A stretch of 64,000 nucleotides of DNA from Candidatus Bathyarchaeia archaeon (GTDB lineage: Archaea; Thermoproteota; Bathyarchaeia; 40CM-2-53-6): positions 90,709-154,708 of the forward strand of contig DASYWW010000046.1 of the NCBI GenBank assembly GCA_035935655.1, written 5' to 3'. How positions within the stretch are numbered: position 1 is the stretch's first letter; each line of letters begins with the position of its first letter. The notes under the pieces are model-generated. The model saw nothing but the letters and a program-made list of their open reading frames with translations, did not search any database and was not told the origin of the DNA. The position numbers were made by a program, and so were the translations under genes. Shown one piece after another: positions 29,074 through 38,746 of the stretch.

Positions 29074-30372
29074 TTGGTTCTCTCCACGACAATAGGCGTC
29101 ATAGTTATCGGAGTCTTCATCGGCACCTACATTCTCATCCTCTCGGATCGCTTCCACAAGCCCTCTGCAGCCGTTCTAGGCGCAACGTTGATGGTGGGAA
29201 CCGGCGTTCTCACGGAATCGGATCTAGCTTCAGCAATCAACTGGCAGGCGCTCGGAGTATTGCTGGGAATGTTCATCATCGCCTCATCACTCCGCGAAGC
29301 AGGATTCTTCGAATGGGTGGGACTACACCTTGCAAGATCGGTCGATGCTCATCCCCTCCGCATGTACGTCCTTCTCCCACTCATGACCGCCGGAATGGCC
29401 TCCCTCCTTGATATCGTGACGGTCGCACTCTTCATCGTGCCTCTGACGGTAGAAGTGTTTGAAGGCCTGGAGATCGACCCGGTTCCATTCGTCATTGCAG
29501 AGGTTCTCGCCGCAAACATAGGCGGCCTGGCTACCATGGTAGGAGACCCAACAAACGTGATAATCGGCTCTTCTCTCGGATTGACCTTCAACCAGTTTCT
29601 ACAGAACACAGCACCGATAGCTCTTGCCGCAATTGCGGTGAACGGCGCGTTACTCTATCTAAAAAATCGGAATTTTCTCCATCGGGACGCGATGAGACGT
29701 CATCGGCAGAGACCCGTTCTCGATCTGCGGAGCCCCTCAGAAGCTGTGAAGGACCGTGGACTGTTGCGGGTTAGTCTCGTATCCCTATTGCTCGCAGTTA
29801 GCTTTCTTGTCGTCCACAGTTTTCTCGGGGTCTCAGCCGCTCTCGCAACTCTTCTCCCCGCATTTCTCATACTGGTCTACGAATCGTCCCGGTCGAACGA
29901 GGTTCAGCACGTCCTCGCTCGAATAGACTGGCAGATTTTCTTCTTTTTCGGAGGCTTGTTCATTCTCGTAGCCGCCCTCGGAAAAACAGGAGTCCTCTCA
30001 ATGCTAGGGAGCGAGATGATACAGATCTCTGGAGGAAACGTCGCGTTGGCAGTGACCTTGGTTCTCTGGGTAACCGCGCTGATCTCACAGGTTGTAGACA
30101 ACGTGCCATTGGCCACGGTTTTCATACCGGTCATTGCGGTTATGGCTAACACTCCCGGCGTGCCCATCGCGCCACTTGCCTGGGCGCTCGCTGTGGGCAC
30201 TGGGATAGGAGGAATGGCTACGCCTGTGGGTACGGCTTCCAACATTGTCGCGTTGAACATTCTAAACAAGCCTAAACAAAGGTTGAGTTTCGCCCGGTTC
30301 GCGAAGAGATCCATTCCGTTGACAATAATCGATCTAGCTATCGCGAATCTGATTCTTCTGCTGCGTCTCTAA
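29074..30372 (+). CDS. ArsB/NhaD-superfamily (CitMHS-like) anion permease
   Basis: About 12 TM helices with internal duplication and a central hydrophilic loop typical of the family. Confidence 0.6.
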   Translation: MVLSTTIGVIVIGVFIGTYILILSDRFHKPSAAVLGATLMVGTGVLTESDLASAINWQALGVLLGMFIIASSLREAGFFEWVGLHLARSVDAHPLRMYVLLPLMTAGMASLLDIVTVALFIVPLTVEVFEGLEIDPVPFVIAEVLAANIGGLATMVGDPTNVIIGSSLGLTFNQFLQNTAPIALAAIAVNGALLYLKNRNFLHRDAMRRHRQRPVLDLRSPSEAVKDRGLLRVSLVSLLLAVSFLVVHSFLGVSAALATLLPAFLILVYESSRSNEVQHVLARIDWQIFFFFGGLFILVAALGKTGVLSMLGSEMIQISGGNVALAVTLVLWVTALISQVVDNVPLATVFIPVIAVMANTPGVPIAPLAWALAVGTGIGGMATPVGTASNIVALNILNKPKQRLSFARFAKRSIPLTIIDLAIANLILLLRL

Positions 30373-30442
30373 GGCAGAGGTTGGGGAGCCTCGGTGTCAG
30401 ATTGATAGATACAGCATTCTTTTCTAGCCCGTCCGGGCTGAA

Positions 30443-31186
30443 TTGTCAAGGTCGCTTAGATACCCTCTCTCTTTCCAGTGGAGAATGATTGTTATGAACC
30501 AAGTGATTCGTCGCGTCAAAGGCTTCTTCCAGCTGGGCGAGAGGGACGCTTTCACCCGGATCGATGAGCTCGCTAGCCTCGGCGAGGAGTCGCTTCATCT
30601 TCTAATCAAGATACTTACTAACTCTCCCAATGGACTCTCGGATATTGAAACATGCACTAACAGGATTAGTCTATTGGAGAAGAAGGGAGACACGATAGTT
30701 CAATCGCTTGAGGAAATGTTCGGGAAGGGATCCATATCGGCGCTTCTAATGAGAGAGTTCGAGAGGTTAGCCGACTCTGTTGACGGTGTTCTCGACAGAG
30801 CTCACGCGTTGTCACGCCAGATCAGAAGGGTGAGCAAGAGGCCGTTGCGGGAGGCCAAAGAATTCGACGCGATCATCCGCAAAGATCAAGTTCGCTTGAT
30901 AGAGATTGGGCTCATGCAGCTTCAGGTGCTACGGAAACTCTTCAACATCGCAGGCTCAGACATGAGGCAATCTCTTGAACTCGCCAAGAAGATTGAACGA
31001 TTGGAAGAACAGGGAGATGATGTTAAGGACAATATGCTCGACGAGATTTATGGATCTTGGGAAGTGCTTGACTACGCTTCCTTCCACAACTACATCGAGA
31101 CCACGATCGAGGCCGATGATATTCTCGACCGTTGCGAGGACGCGTCGGACCTTGTTATCGCGATAATGAAGGGTCTCGGCGCCTAG
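30443..31186 (+). CDS. DUF47 (PhoU-like) phosphate-transport accessory protein
   Basis: Two-helical-bundle repeat protein lying directly upstream of a PiT-family transporter, which is the canonical pairing. Confidence 0.6.
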   Translation: MSRSLRYPLSFQWRMIVMNQVIRRVKGFFQLGERDAFTRIDELASLGEESLHLLIKILTNSPNGLSDIETCTNRISLLEKKGDTIVQSLEEMFGKGSISALLMREFERLADSVDGVLDRAHALSRQIRRVSKRPLREAKEFDAIIRKDQVRLIEIGLMQLQVLRKLFNIAGSDMRQSLELAKKIERLEEQGDDVKDNMLDEIYGSWEVLDYASFHNYIETTIEADDILDRCEDASDLVIAIMKGLGA

Positions 31187-31196
31187 GAAGCCCAAT

Positions 31197-32124
31197 ATTG
31201 AACCTTTCCCTTGACGCTCTTTCCCTTGTTTTAGCGGGGCTTTTGGGAGCCGTCGTAAGCGGAAACAATCTCTCAGCATGCTGTGGGACGATTATCGGTA
31301 GTAGAATGGTCAACAAACGCTCGGGAATCATGATCGCCCTTGCAGGATATCTACTGGGATTGTTGGTCGAGGGTCCCAAGCTCTTTCGAGTCAGGCAAAC
31401 CTTTCTTCCAGCCGAAACTAGCACGGAAATTTTCTCGATACTCCTAGCTACACTGCTAATTTTCATCGGAGGAGAACTGTCCAAGATCCCTCTATCTCTT
31501 TCAAAATCGCTAACCGGGACAATCTTGGGTGTGAGTTTCGCTGTCCGCGCGCTACATCAGACCGATTATCTGGTTCTCATTCTCCTCTTCTGGATAAGCG
31601 CGCCAATAGTAGCGACAGGTCTCGGACTGCTCTTCGTCCGACTCGACGACCGATATAGCGTACGAAACCTATGGCTGAAACTCTCACTACTGAAGGCCGG
31701 GTTGATCGTGATGGCCTTTCTCTCCGCATACGTCACCGGCAGCAACGCTCTAGGACTTATCGCCGGCGTGCCCTCCAACCAGTCTCAGGTTGCAACTGTG
31801 GTGGTCGGGACTGGAAGCGTTCTTGGAGTGTTTGCTCTCGGTAGAGGCGCTCTAAGAAGACTGACGGAGGGAATCTACAACCTCCGGTACCCTAACGCGT
31901 TCTATTCCCAGCTACTGGGCGCCGGAACAGTTGAATTGGCGAACCAGCTTGGAGTTCCATTATCCACCACTGAAACAGTCTCCTCGGGAATCATAGGGTC
32001 CGGCTTGGCCAGCAAGATGCGGGTCATGAACGCCAGAAACGTCTTCCTCATCATTGCAAGCTGGGCTATCTCGCCAGCTCTAGGATTTGCTCTCGGATAT
32101 GGGTTAACTCTGATTATCGGGTAA
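31197..32124 (+). CDS. PiT-family inorganic phosphate transporter
   Basis: Two copies of the P-x-S-T-T..G..IG.G signature ('SLSKSLTGTILGVS', 'PLSTTETVSSGIIGSG'). The start was moved to the TTG after the DUF47 stop. Confidence 0.6.
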
Positions 32125-32243
32125 CTCGGGAAATAGGGGTCCCCATGATGGGTCCGGGCAGCTCTGCCAATATTTGGGAAAAACCTCCAGACATTATCGA
32201 ATAGAAGCTGAGGGTGTGAAGCCCAAAGTTTCGCCGAGGATCG

Positions 32244-33191
32244 TTGGTCCGCGCTAGCTTTTATTTTGAGAGTAATTTCACGAGAAGAATCTTGGACCTT
32301 CCTTCGCATCTCTCGTTCGGATTGGCCATTGGAGCGGTCTTTTTCGGGAACAATCCTGAGATCGTGTTATTGATCGGTCTCGGAACGTTGATCCCTGATC
32401 TTGACAGGGAATACTGGTACGTCAGACAGCAAGTCTACGCCGAAGAGCAGTATCACCGCGCAAGATTCCACAACGTATTCATGATACTCATCGGTTACTT
32501 GGTAAACCCATTCTTCTCCCTGGGGATCTTTCTCCACATGCTTCAAGACTCCTTCACAACCGCGAAGGACAGGGGCGTCGAATGGTTCTACCCTCTAACG
32601 AGACTCGTGAAACGAGGAATGTACGACCAGACCATGAGCCAGAGTACGCCCGACCCGAACGTAAGAGTCTACTTCTATCAGGAGGATGTACTCGGATACG
32701 TCAACGCCGCGGACCCGGACCTAAGGGAGGGAAGCCAGCCTGTTCCCTGGAGACGAGTCTACGGATTCGCCCAGAATAGTCATCTTCTGGATCGTGGATT
32801 CCTAGTAGGTTCTCTAGCAGTCATTGCAATCTGGCTGGCGTACCCGTTTGGACTTGCCCATGCGCACCCGTTTGCAGAACTCATTGAATCCAACCCAGTC
32901 TGGGCGGTCGGCTACTCGGCGATTGCGATGCTGTTCGCAGCGGGGGAAACGCAAAGGAGAGACAAGCTTCCAAAGCTGCCGCAGTTAAAACCGTTTCAGG
33001 TTCCATTGTTTGTGGTCGGCATCGCTCTTCTCGCGGGTTGGTTCGTATTGTTCCGGTTGGAAATCCTGGCGAACTTGCAGAATATTCTCGCCGATCCGAT
33101 TCCCTTGCTTGAAGGCGTGGTTGCAATCCCCGTTATCTCATACATCCTCGTTCGATATTACACTCGAGGCGGTAGGAAGGCTATCGTTTAG
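32244..33191 (+). CDS. DUF457-like membrane-bound metal-dependent hydrolase
   Basis: N-terminal 'HLSFGLAIG...LIPDLDREYWY...HNVFMI...LHMLQDSF' His/Asp pattern followed by a C-terminal TM domain. Confidence 0.5.
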   Translation: MVRASFYFESNFTRRILDLPSHLSFGLAIGAVFFGNNPEIVLLIGLGTLIPDLDREYWYVRQQVYAEEQYHRARFHNVFMILIGYLVNPFFSLGIFLHMLQDSFTTAKDRGVEWFYPLTRLVKRGMYDQTMSQSTPDPNVRVYFYQEDVLGYVNAADPDLREGSQPVPWRRVYGFAQNSHLLDRGFLVGSLAVIAIWLAYPFGLAHAHPFAELIESNPVWAVGYSAIAMLFAAGETQRRDKLPKLPQLKPFQVPLFVVGIALLAGWFVLFRLEILANLQNILADPIPLLEGVVAIPVISYILVRYYTRGGRKAIV

Positions 33192-33816
33192 CAGATTTTC
33201 GCCTCGAACTCACCAACTAACGAAGTAATCGGTTTGCACCGCAGATGTTATGAATGAGATTGGAATAATGCGCCGTTTGGAGCAATGGAGCCGTTAGTAG
33301 CTCCAACCGCTGAGCCTCGAGGTTCTTCAGAAATTGGGAACGAGTTATTTTTCATGAGACTCCTCCTTCACCACACGACGGATTCAGTCTCGCAGGCGGG
33401 AGCGACCCTGATTGAAACAGAACTTTTCGGAGTCGACAACCGAGTAGAGGGATTCAGCTTCCCCTCCAGACCTGCTGTTTCTCGGGTTCCTTAGTCTCGA
33501 GGCCAACTCGAAGGCCCTTGGGCACTGTGCTTCCACGCAAGACTGCAGTGGTGACTGGGCAGGAGAACCCGAATCTTGGACAAGAGGTTCGGTATCGCCT
33601 ATACCGAAAATGCATGGTATACTAGTTTCTTGCCGAGGAACTCGCTCACAACAGGGAGTCTGGTTCTCGTTCGGCAGTGCGAGCAGACCGTTCGGCTCGG
33701 GCCATAATCATCGCGCCCGAGGTCGTGAAGGAATGTTGAGATTGAGAACAAGAAATGGTATCGTTAGATCCGCACCCGGAGCACAGCGTTGCCGGGTTCA
33801 AACCTGAAGGAGAACG

Positions 33817-35193
33817 TTGAGATTGAGAACTCTATTACTAGTCGCATTGCTAGTCATTGGGATGATTGCAGTGCCTGCTCTTCCGCGGGCACATGCAGCG
33901 TCAGGAACCTACTTCGACAGTGTCGTTGTCGTAGCGATGGAGAACCAGAATTATGCAGATGTTATGGGTACCGGAGCTGGAAGCTCGAATGCTCCATTTA
34001 TTGCAACCCTGTTGGCCGCTGGAGCGACGATTCCTCTTTACCATGGTTACGGTGCCTCCGGGAGGACTATTGGAGGATGTTCAGCTGGCTGCTATACGGC
34101 GTTGATTTCCGGATCTGACCAGGGAATCTCTGACGGGTACTCTTGCTGTATCAACGCTCCCACCCTCATGGATCGAATGGCCTCGGGAGGTCTGAAATGG
34201 CAGGCGTTCTGCGAGGACGGATGTCCGAGAGGAAACGACCACTTCCCCTTCACAGGATTTTCCAGCATTCACACGAGTTCCAACATTCACGGGAGCACTG
34301 GTCCGCTCGATCCCGAGTATGTGGCAGCGTTGAACTCCGGATCGCCTGCCAATTTCATCTGGCTGACTCCAACGGATGGCCACAACATGCACGACAACTC
34401 CATCCAGACCGGAGACTCATATCTCCACGACCTCCTCGTCGGATCGTCAGGATCTTTGGCGAGTCCAGCTTCAGGATCGGTTCTGGCCAGCACTCTCTTT
34501 GCGCCCGGGTACAGGACTATGCTGATGCTCTGGTGGGACGAGTACGACCCAGCTCCGATCATGTTCTACAGTCCAGGAATTGTCAAGCAGGGTTACGTTT
34601 CCTCTAGCGACGTGTATGACGAGTTCTCGATTCTCCATCTGATGGAGAACAACTTCGGTCTGTCAACTCTGGCCGCGAACGATGCCGCTGCAGCGCCGAT
34701 GACCGAAATCTTTGGAATGTCTAATCCGTCGGACCTGACAACGAGCTTCACACTCTCTCCCTCAATCCCTGTCGTGAACTCACCTGTAACGTTCACGGCA
34801 ACAATCCTGGGAGGAATGGGCCCCTACACTATAAGCTGGGATTTCGGTGATGGTAATACCGCCACTGGAGCCTCAGTCACCCATACCTACGCTGGTGTTC
34901 AGTCGTACATAGTGACTGAGACCGTTCAAGACTCGTCTACTCCACCGAAAACCTCTACCAGCTCTCAAACAGTCAATGACAAAGCGGCTTCTGGAAGCTC
35001 AGGCGGAGGATCAGGAGGAGGTCCCAGCGGAGGCTGCTTCCTCTGTGGGACGTTCTCTGCGATCTCTACCAGCATGTGGCTGCTTGTTATCGGTGGGCTT
35101 TTGGGGTTGATTGGCTCGCTTGTTCTGCTCACGGTTAGGGCGCGGGCGAATCTGGCGCGGACGAAGCGACGGATGAATCACACGCATCGCTAA
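33817..35193 (+). CDS. Secreted phosphoesterase-family (PLC/AcpA-like) protein with a PKD domain and C-terminal membrane anchor
   Basis: Signal peptide, 'VVVVAMENQNYADVMG' phosphoesterase N-motif, PKD 'WDFGDGNT...HTYA', Gly/Ser linker, and a TM helix with a basic tail. Confidence 0.6.
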   Translation: MRLRTLLLVALLVIGMIAVPALPRAHAASGTYFDSVVVVAMENQNYADVMGTGAGSSNAPFIATLLAAGATIPLYHGYGASGRTIGGCSAGCYTALISGSDQGISDGYSCCINAPTLMDRMASGGLKWQAFCEDGCPRGNDHFPFTGFSSIHTSSNIHGSTGPLDPEYVAALNSGSPANFIWLTPTDGHNMHDNSIQTGDSYLHDLLVGSSGSLASPASGSVLASTLFAPGYRTMLMLWWDEYDPAPIMFYSPGIVKQGYVSSSDVYDEFSILHLMENNFGLSTLAANDAAAAPMTEIFGMSNPSDLTTSFTLSPSIPVVNSPVTFTATILGGMGPYTISWDFGDGNTATGASVTHTYAGVQSYIVTETVQDSSTPPKTSTSSQTVNDKAASGSSGGGSGGGPSGGCFLCGTFSAISTSMWLLVIGGLLGLIGSLVLLTVRARANLARTKRRMNHTHR

Positions 35194-35196
35194 TCA

Positions 35197-35571
35197 CTAG
35201 CGGGGCTTCGCGAGCCGTTTTTCCCTTAGGGACAGGAAGATAGTCACGAGGCCGATGAGAGTTCCAGGCAAAGCGTAGAACAGCGTGATGATAGATATCG
35301 CGATAGCACGCTCGTATCTTGTGCTGGATCCGAGCAAGACGATAGCTCCGTTGACGATCCAAAGTATGCCGAGGAAGACGAACGGGAGGGCCGTATCTGA
35401 TGTTCGTATTCCTATGGTGGAGACGGTTGTGGCCCAGGGTCCTAGTCCGATCGTCTGTTCTCCGGTGTAGTATCCTGTGACCAGTTTTCGTGTGGCGTCG
35501 AAGATGAGCCAGGATCCGAGGATGAAGCTGAGAACGGAGATAGTTGTGGTGGCGAGGCTGGGTCTCTGCAC
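35197..35571 (-). CDS. Hypothetical membrane protein (124 aa)
   Basis: Four hydrophobic helices. Preferred over the overlapping R/H-rich 262 aa ORF. Confidence 0.35.
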   Translation of the reverse strand: MQRPSLATTTISVLSFILGSWLIFDATRKLVTGYYTGEQTIGLGPWATTVSTIGIRTSDTALPFVFLGILWIVNGAIVLLGSSTRYERAIAISIITLFYALPGTLIGLVTIFLSLREKRLAKPR

Positions 35572-35618
35572 GTCGTCTCTTCTCGTCGTGTCTCTTATTT
35601 AGCCGATAATCTTCTCTC

Positions 35619-35933
35619 TTGTCTATGTCTGATTCGGGTCCTGTGCTTTCTGATATGGAGGAGGGCGGGGACGGTATGGCGAAGTATGCGCGTATGGTCT
35701 TGGAGTTCATCAAGAAGGACGTTTTCGAGGACCGGAAGCAGGTGTCGGTGGAGGAGGTTGTGACGCTGATTGCGGCGTTGACGGATATCTCTGTTAGTCT
35801 ATTGTCCCGGTTCCGGAAGGACCTGGTTGACTCGGAGAAGGCGACGGAGGTTGGAAGGGACGTTTTCAAGTACATGGTCGGACGACTGGGCTTCGATCTT
35901 GACAAGCTGGGCAGGTCCAACATCTACGTGTAG
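35619..35933 (+). CDS. Hypothetical protein (104 aa)
   Basis: ORF with plausible codon usage; no motif. Confidence 0.25.
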   Translation: MSMSDSGPVLSDMEEGGDGMAKYARMVLEFIKKDVFEDRKQVSVEEVVTLIAALTDISVSLLSRFRKDLVDSEKATEVGRDVFKYMVGRLGFDLDKLGRSNIYV

Positions 35934-35935
35934 AC

Positions 35936-36208
35936 TCATCTCTGGCGCGAGACTCGACTAGGCCTCGAGGGCCGAGAAAAATTCGCTATTACCCACCTGG
36001 ACAGCATTGTTGGGTCCTTGAATACGGGGACCTTTTGTTTTTCTTGGTAATGCGGATTTGGGTTATAGCGTCTATCGATTTCTATGCGGAGGATTAGTAT
36101 TAGTTCCTCGACCTTCATTGGAATAGATTCTTTCTTCTCCCAGGTGTCGAAGACCTCGAGGACTTCTCTCGCAAACCCTGGAGCCAGCCCGATGTATTCC
36201 GGACCCAA
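35936..36208 (-). CDS. Small conserved hypothetical protein (paralog of 53874..54062)
   Basis: Shares 'IGLAPGF(A/V)REV...W....E..PMK...L' with the second copy 18 kb away. Confidence 0.3.
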   Translation of the reverse strand: MGPEYIGLAPGFAREVLEVFDTWEKKESIPMKVEELILILRIEIDRRYNPNPHYQEKQKVPVFKDPTMLSRWVIANFSRPSRPSRVSRQR

Positions 36209-36332
36209 AGATATCCGATCGTCAATATCTGATGGAAGAACATAGATAGGTCAGCTAGCTGAAACTACCGTAGCCCAATCGTACCGACCACGGCAGTAGA
36301 GTTAGCAAATGATCTGATGCACAGTTGCTCAT

Positions 36333-36744
36333 ATGTAGAAGATCACGCCATTCTTCTGGTTCGACGACAAGGCAGAGGAGGCGCGAAATTCTTACACTTC
36401 CGTTTTCAAGAATTCAAAGATTGGAAAGATTAGTCTGCTATGGAAAAGAGGGGTATTGAGATCCATCGGAGGCCGGCGGGAAGGTGATGACTGTGGAAGT
36501 CCAAATCGAGGGACAAGATTTCATCGCATTAAACGGTGGACCCCAATTCAAGTTCACCGTAGCCATATCGTTCTCGGTGGACTGCAAAACACAGGAGGAA
36601 GTGGACAGGCTTTGGCAGAAGCTTACCGACGGCGGAGAAGAAGGAGCGTGCGGCTGGCTCAAACCAGGGAACCCAAGTAGTTGCGAGTCTCACTTTTTCT
36701 TGAGCCAATCTTCGTACTGGACCACTGGTTTCCCTTCAAGGTAG
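36333..36744 (+). pseudogene. Decayed VOC-family PhnB-like gene (3-demethylubiquinone-9 3-methyltransferase-domain / glyoxalase-type protein)
   Basis: ATG is immediately followed by TAG, where the family has Ser. 'KITPFFWFDDKAEEA...FKNSKI' continues in frame 0. After a +1 frameshift near 36440..36460 comes 'GKVMTVEVQIEGQDFIALNGGPQFKF...EEVDRLWQKL...GACGWLK'. The C-terminus is replaced by sequence antisense to the SRPBCC gene. Confidence 0.6.
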
Positions 36745-37172
36745 GCTTTCAGATTGAAAAGCGCCCAGCTCCAGCCGGACACGTTGGAAGAGTAGTGTTC
36801 GAAATCCTTCCTCTTGCTAAAACCGTGATGTAATAGTGAAACGGTTGTTCCTTCCCGGTTTCTGGTGAGGACTATTTCCACTATGGTTCCCGGTGCATGA
36901 TCCGGGTTGTCCCATGTGAACCGGAGGCGTTTGTTGGGCACAATCTCGAGAAATCTTCCAGCATCCTTGTCCTTATTGGTGTAGCTTCCTCCGACGCGGA
37001 GGTCGACCTTGGACCCTGTTGTGAACCACGTGTCCAGCTTTGCGGGCTTTGTCAGGGCGGCGAAAACTCCTGACGGGACAGCGCGAATAGAAATCTCCTT
37101 AATGGCGATTCCACCGCTCACCAGGCTCTTGACCGATCGGCTAGAACTGGGTCTCGGTTTCAACCGCAACAC
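36690..37172 (-). CDS. SRPBCC-superfamily (AHSA1/Aha1-like) protein
   Basis: 'AVPSGVFAALTKPAKLDTWFT...RLRFTWD' pattern, 160 aa. Confidence 0.55.
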   Translation of the reverse strand: MLRLKPRPSSSRSVKSLVSGGIAIKEISIRAVPSGVFAALTKPAKLDTWFTTGSKVDLRVGGSYTNKDKDAGRFLEIVPNKRLRFTWDNPDHAPGTIVEIVLTRNREGTTVSLLHHGFSKRKDFEHYSSNVSGWSWALFNLKAYLEGKPVVQYEDWLKKK

Positions 37173-37192
37173 CCCAGTGTGTCAGCTGGGTC

Positions 37193-37474
37193 CTAGACGG
37201 GGGTTAAGCGGTGGCCCCTGATTGGGGCTTTCTCCCCCGCGTCAAAATCATCCTTCTCTGTCACCTTCATCAAGGCAGGCCTAGCAGCCAGAAATGATTC
37301 TTTCGAGGACCATATGGCCATTCCAATAAGCTCGCCAGTGTTCTCATCTTTCAGCGTGTGTACGCTGACAAGGCCAGGCTGTTTCTTCGCTATCTCACCA
37401 TATCGATGCATAGAATCGATCACTAGCTTTTCTTTGTCCGGATGTGGGCTGTGGATGGAAATACTAACGTACAA
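37193..37474 (-). CDS. ABM-domain (antibiotic biosynthesis monooxygenase-like) protein
   Basis: About 93 aa ferredoxin-like fold pattern 'LVSVHTLKDENTGELIGMAIWSSKESF'. Confidence 0.45.
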   Translation of the reverse strand: MYVSISIHSPHPDKEKLVIDSMHRYGEIAKKQPGLVSVHTLKDENTGELIGMAIWSSKESFLAARPALMKVTEKDDFDAGEKAPIRGHRLTPV

Positions 37475-37548
37475 ACCGATTCGCGCCTCCCTTCTGGTCG
37501 TGTCTATTAGGTTGCAGTCATTGCAAGGTCAGGAATTTCGGGGGTCCG

Positions 37549-38211
37549 CTAGCCCTCCCAGGGAGGAAGGTTTAGCGCGCGTTCAAAGGCGGCGCGGTTG
37601 TGCACCGGCTCATGGTCAGCGTGAGAAATGATTACTTTCTCGAATGGAACCTTGAGTAACTCTCGCATTGCTGGCAGTGCTCGCTTTTCATGCCACGGTG
37701 AACCCCAGATCCTGAGATCGCCACCTCGCTCAGTTAGCCCATCTCCAAAGACTATCGCTCGCTGCTCAGGCAGCAAAAGAGGTGTCTCAAGCCGCCCTCT
37801 TCCATCATAGAGAGCAACAAAGCCTCCAGGAAGCACCTGGTCCGATTCGATCATCGTCAGCGGCGTCTTTGGGACGTCGTCAGGCCAGAACAGCCTCGGA
37901 CCGAAGCCGCGGGCTCCATAGCGACGGACGAATTCGTCAATGTCGCGCACGTGGTCAGGAATTATCGCTGCAGCCATCGTTGGCGGCCGGCTGTCTAGAC
38001 GTTTCCACAGTTCTTCAGCTGCCGCTTTCGGAACAAGCGGGTCAATCACCAGTCTCTCCCCTCCAGATTCGACATAGGTCGAGGTGACAATTGGTTGCCA
38101 GTCGTCGCCGGGCTTCCAGTGATGGTGCTCTGCACGCCAGATCCACAAGCCAGGTGCTAGATCGCGAATCTCGACCTTACTGGTTACAGATTGCATAACG
38201 TGCTTCCCCAT
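37549..38211 (-). CDS. MBL-fold-like hydrolase (divergent)
   Basis: Size and the 'IIPDHVRD...VIISHADH' pattern suggest a degenerate HxHxDH fold. Confidence 0.35.
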   Translation of the reverse strand: MGKHVMQSVTSKVEIRDLAPGLWIWRAEHHHWKPGDDWQPIVTSTYVESGGERLVIDPLVPKAAAEELWKRLDSRPPTMAAAIIPDHVRDIDEFVRRYGARGFGPRLFWPDDVPKTPLTMIESDQVLPGGFVALYDGRGRLETPLLLPEQRAIVFGDGLTERGGDLRIWGSPWHEKRALPAMRELLKVPFEKVIISHADHEPVHNRAAFERALNLPPWEG

Positions 38212-38258
38212 GTGTCCCTCGTCGAGTTAAGAGTTGCTGAAGAGATGACGTTGGGGAG

Positions 38259-38657
38259 CTAAGAGCTGGGAGAGACTGGTCCTTTCCCAAAGAATTTCTT
38301 CGGCCCGACCCGGGTAAGGTACAGTGGGATGACTATTCCGGCCACTATTCTGATGACTCCGCCGACTCCTCCGATAGTACCCCCATAGACTATCTCTAGG
38401 ATTCCGAGCAGAATCGAGACGATGTAGATCGCGATTCCTCCCATCCAGGCCCAGCGTGCTCCAGTGTAGAACCCGACGCCGAGTGCGAGGCCTAGGATGC
38501 CGAAGATTGCTACTACGACTGCCAGCCAGCTGGGACCTGTGGCGTTGCCGGAAAAGACGGACGCGGCTCCGAACAATGACAGCAAGCCGCCTGCGGCAGC
38601 GATTAGCGCGATTGCGATGACTCCGGCTGGCTTTTTCGGCTTCGGTTGAGGTTGCAT
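38259..38657 (-). CDS. Hypothetical membrane protein (132 aa)
   Basis: Four TM segments. Confidence 0.35.
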   Translation of the reverse strand: MQPQPKPKKPAGVIAIALIAAAGGLLSLFGAASVFSGNATGPSWLAVVVAIFGILGLALGVGFYTGARWAWMGGIAIYIVSILLGILEIVYGGTIGGVGGVIRIVAGIVIPLYLTRVGPKKFFGKGPVSPSS

Positions 38658-38746
38658 GGTTTTCGAATCTCTCTCATCTGGGTCCGATAAGAGTGTTCGG
38701 GTCGGGTTTCATGCTCTGAAAGAGCGAGTGCAATGTAGTTGGTCGC

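Noticed and set aside
29013-29411. 132-aa Arg/His-rich ORF at the 5-prime end of the permease gene
   Set aside because: It is an alternative frame of the ArsB/NhaD-superfamily permease CDS; the composition is not protein-like.
35135-35923. 262-aa minus-strand ORF rich in Arg/His/Ser
   Set aside because: Low-complexity composition. It overlaps two better-behaved ORFs, a 124-aa membrane protein and a 104-aa plus-strand ORF. It looks like an antisense or frame artefact.
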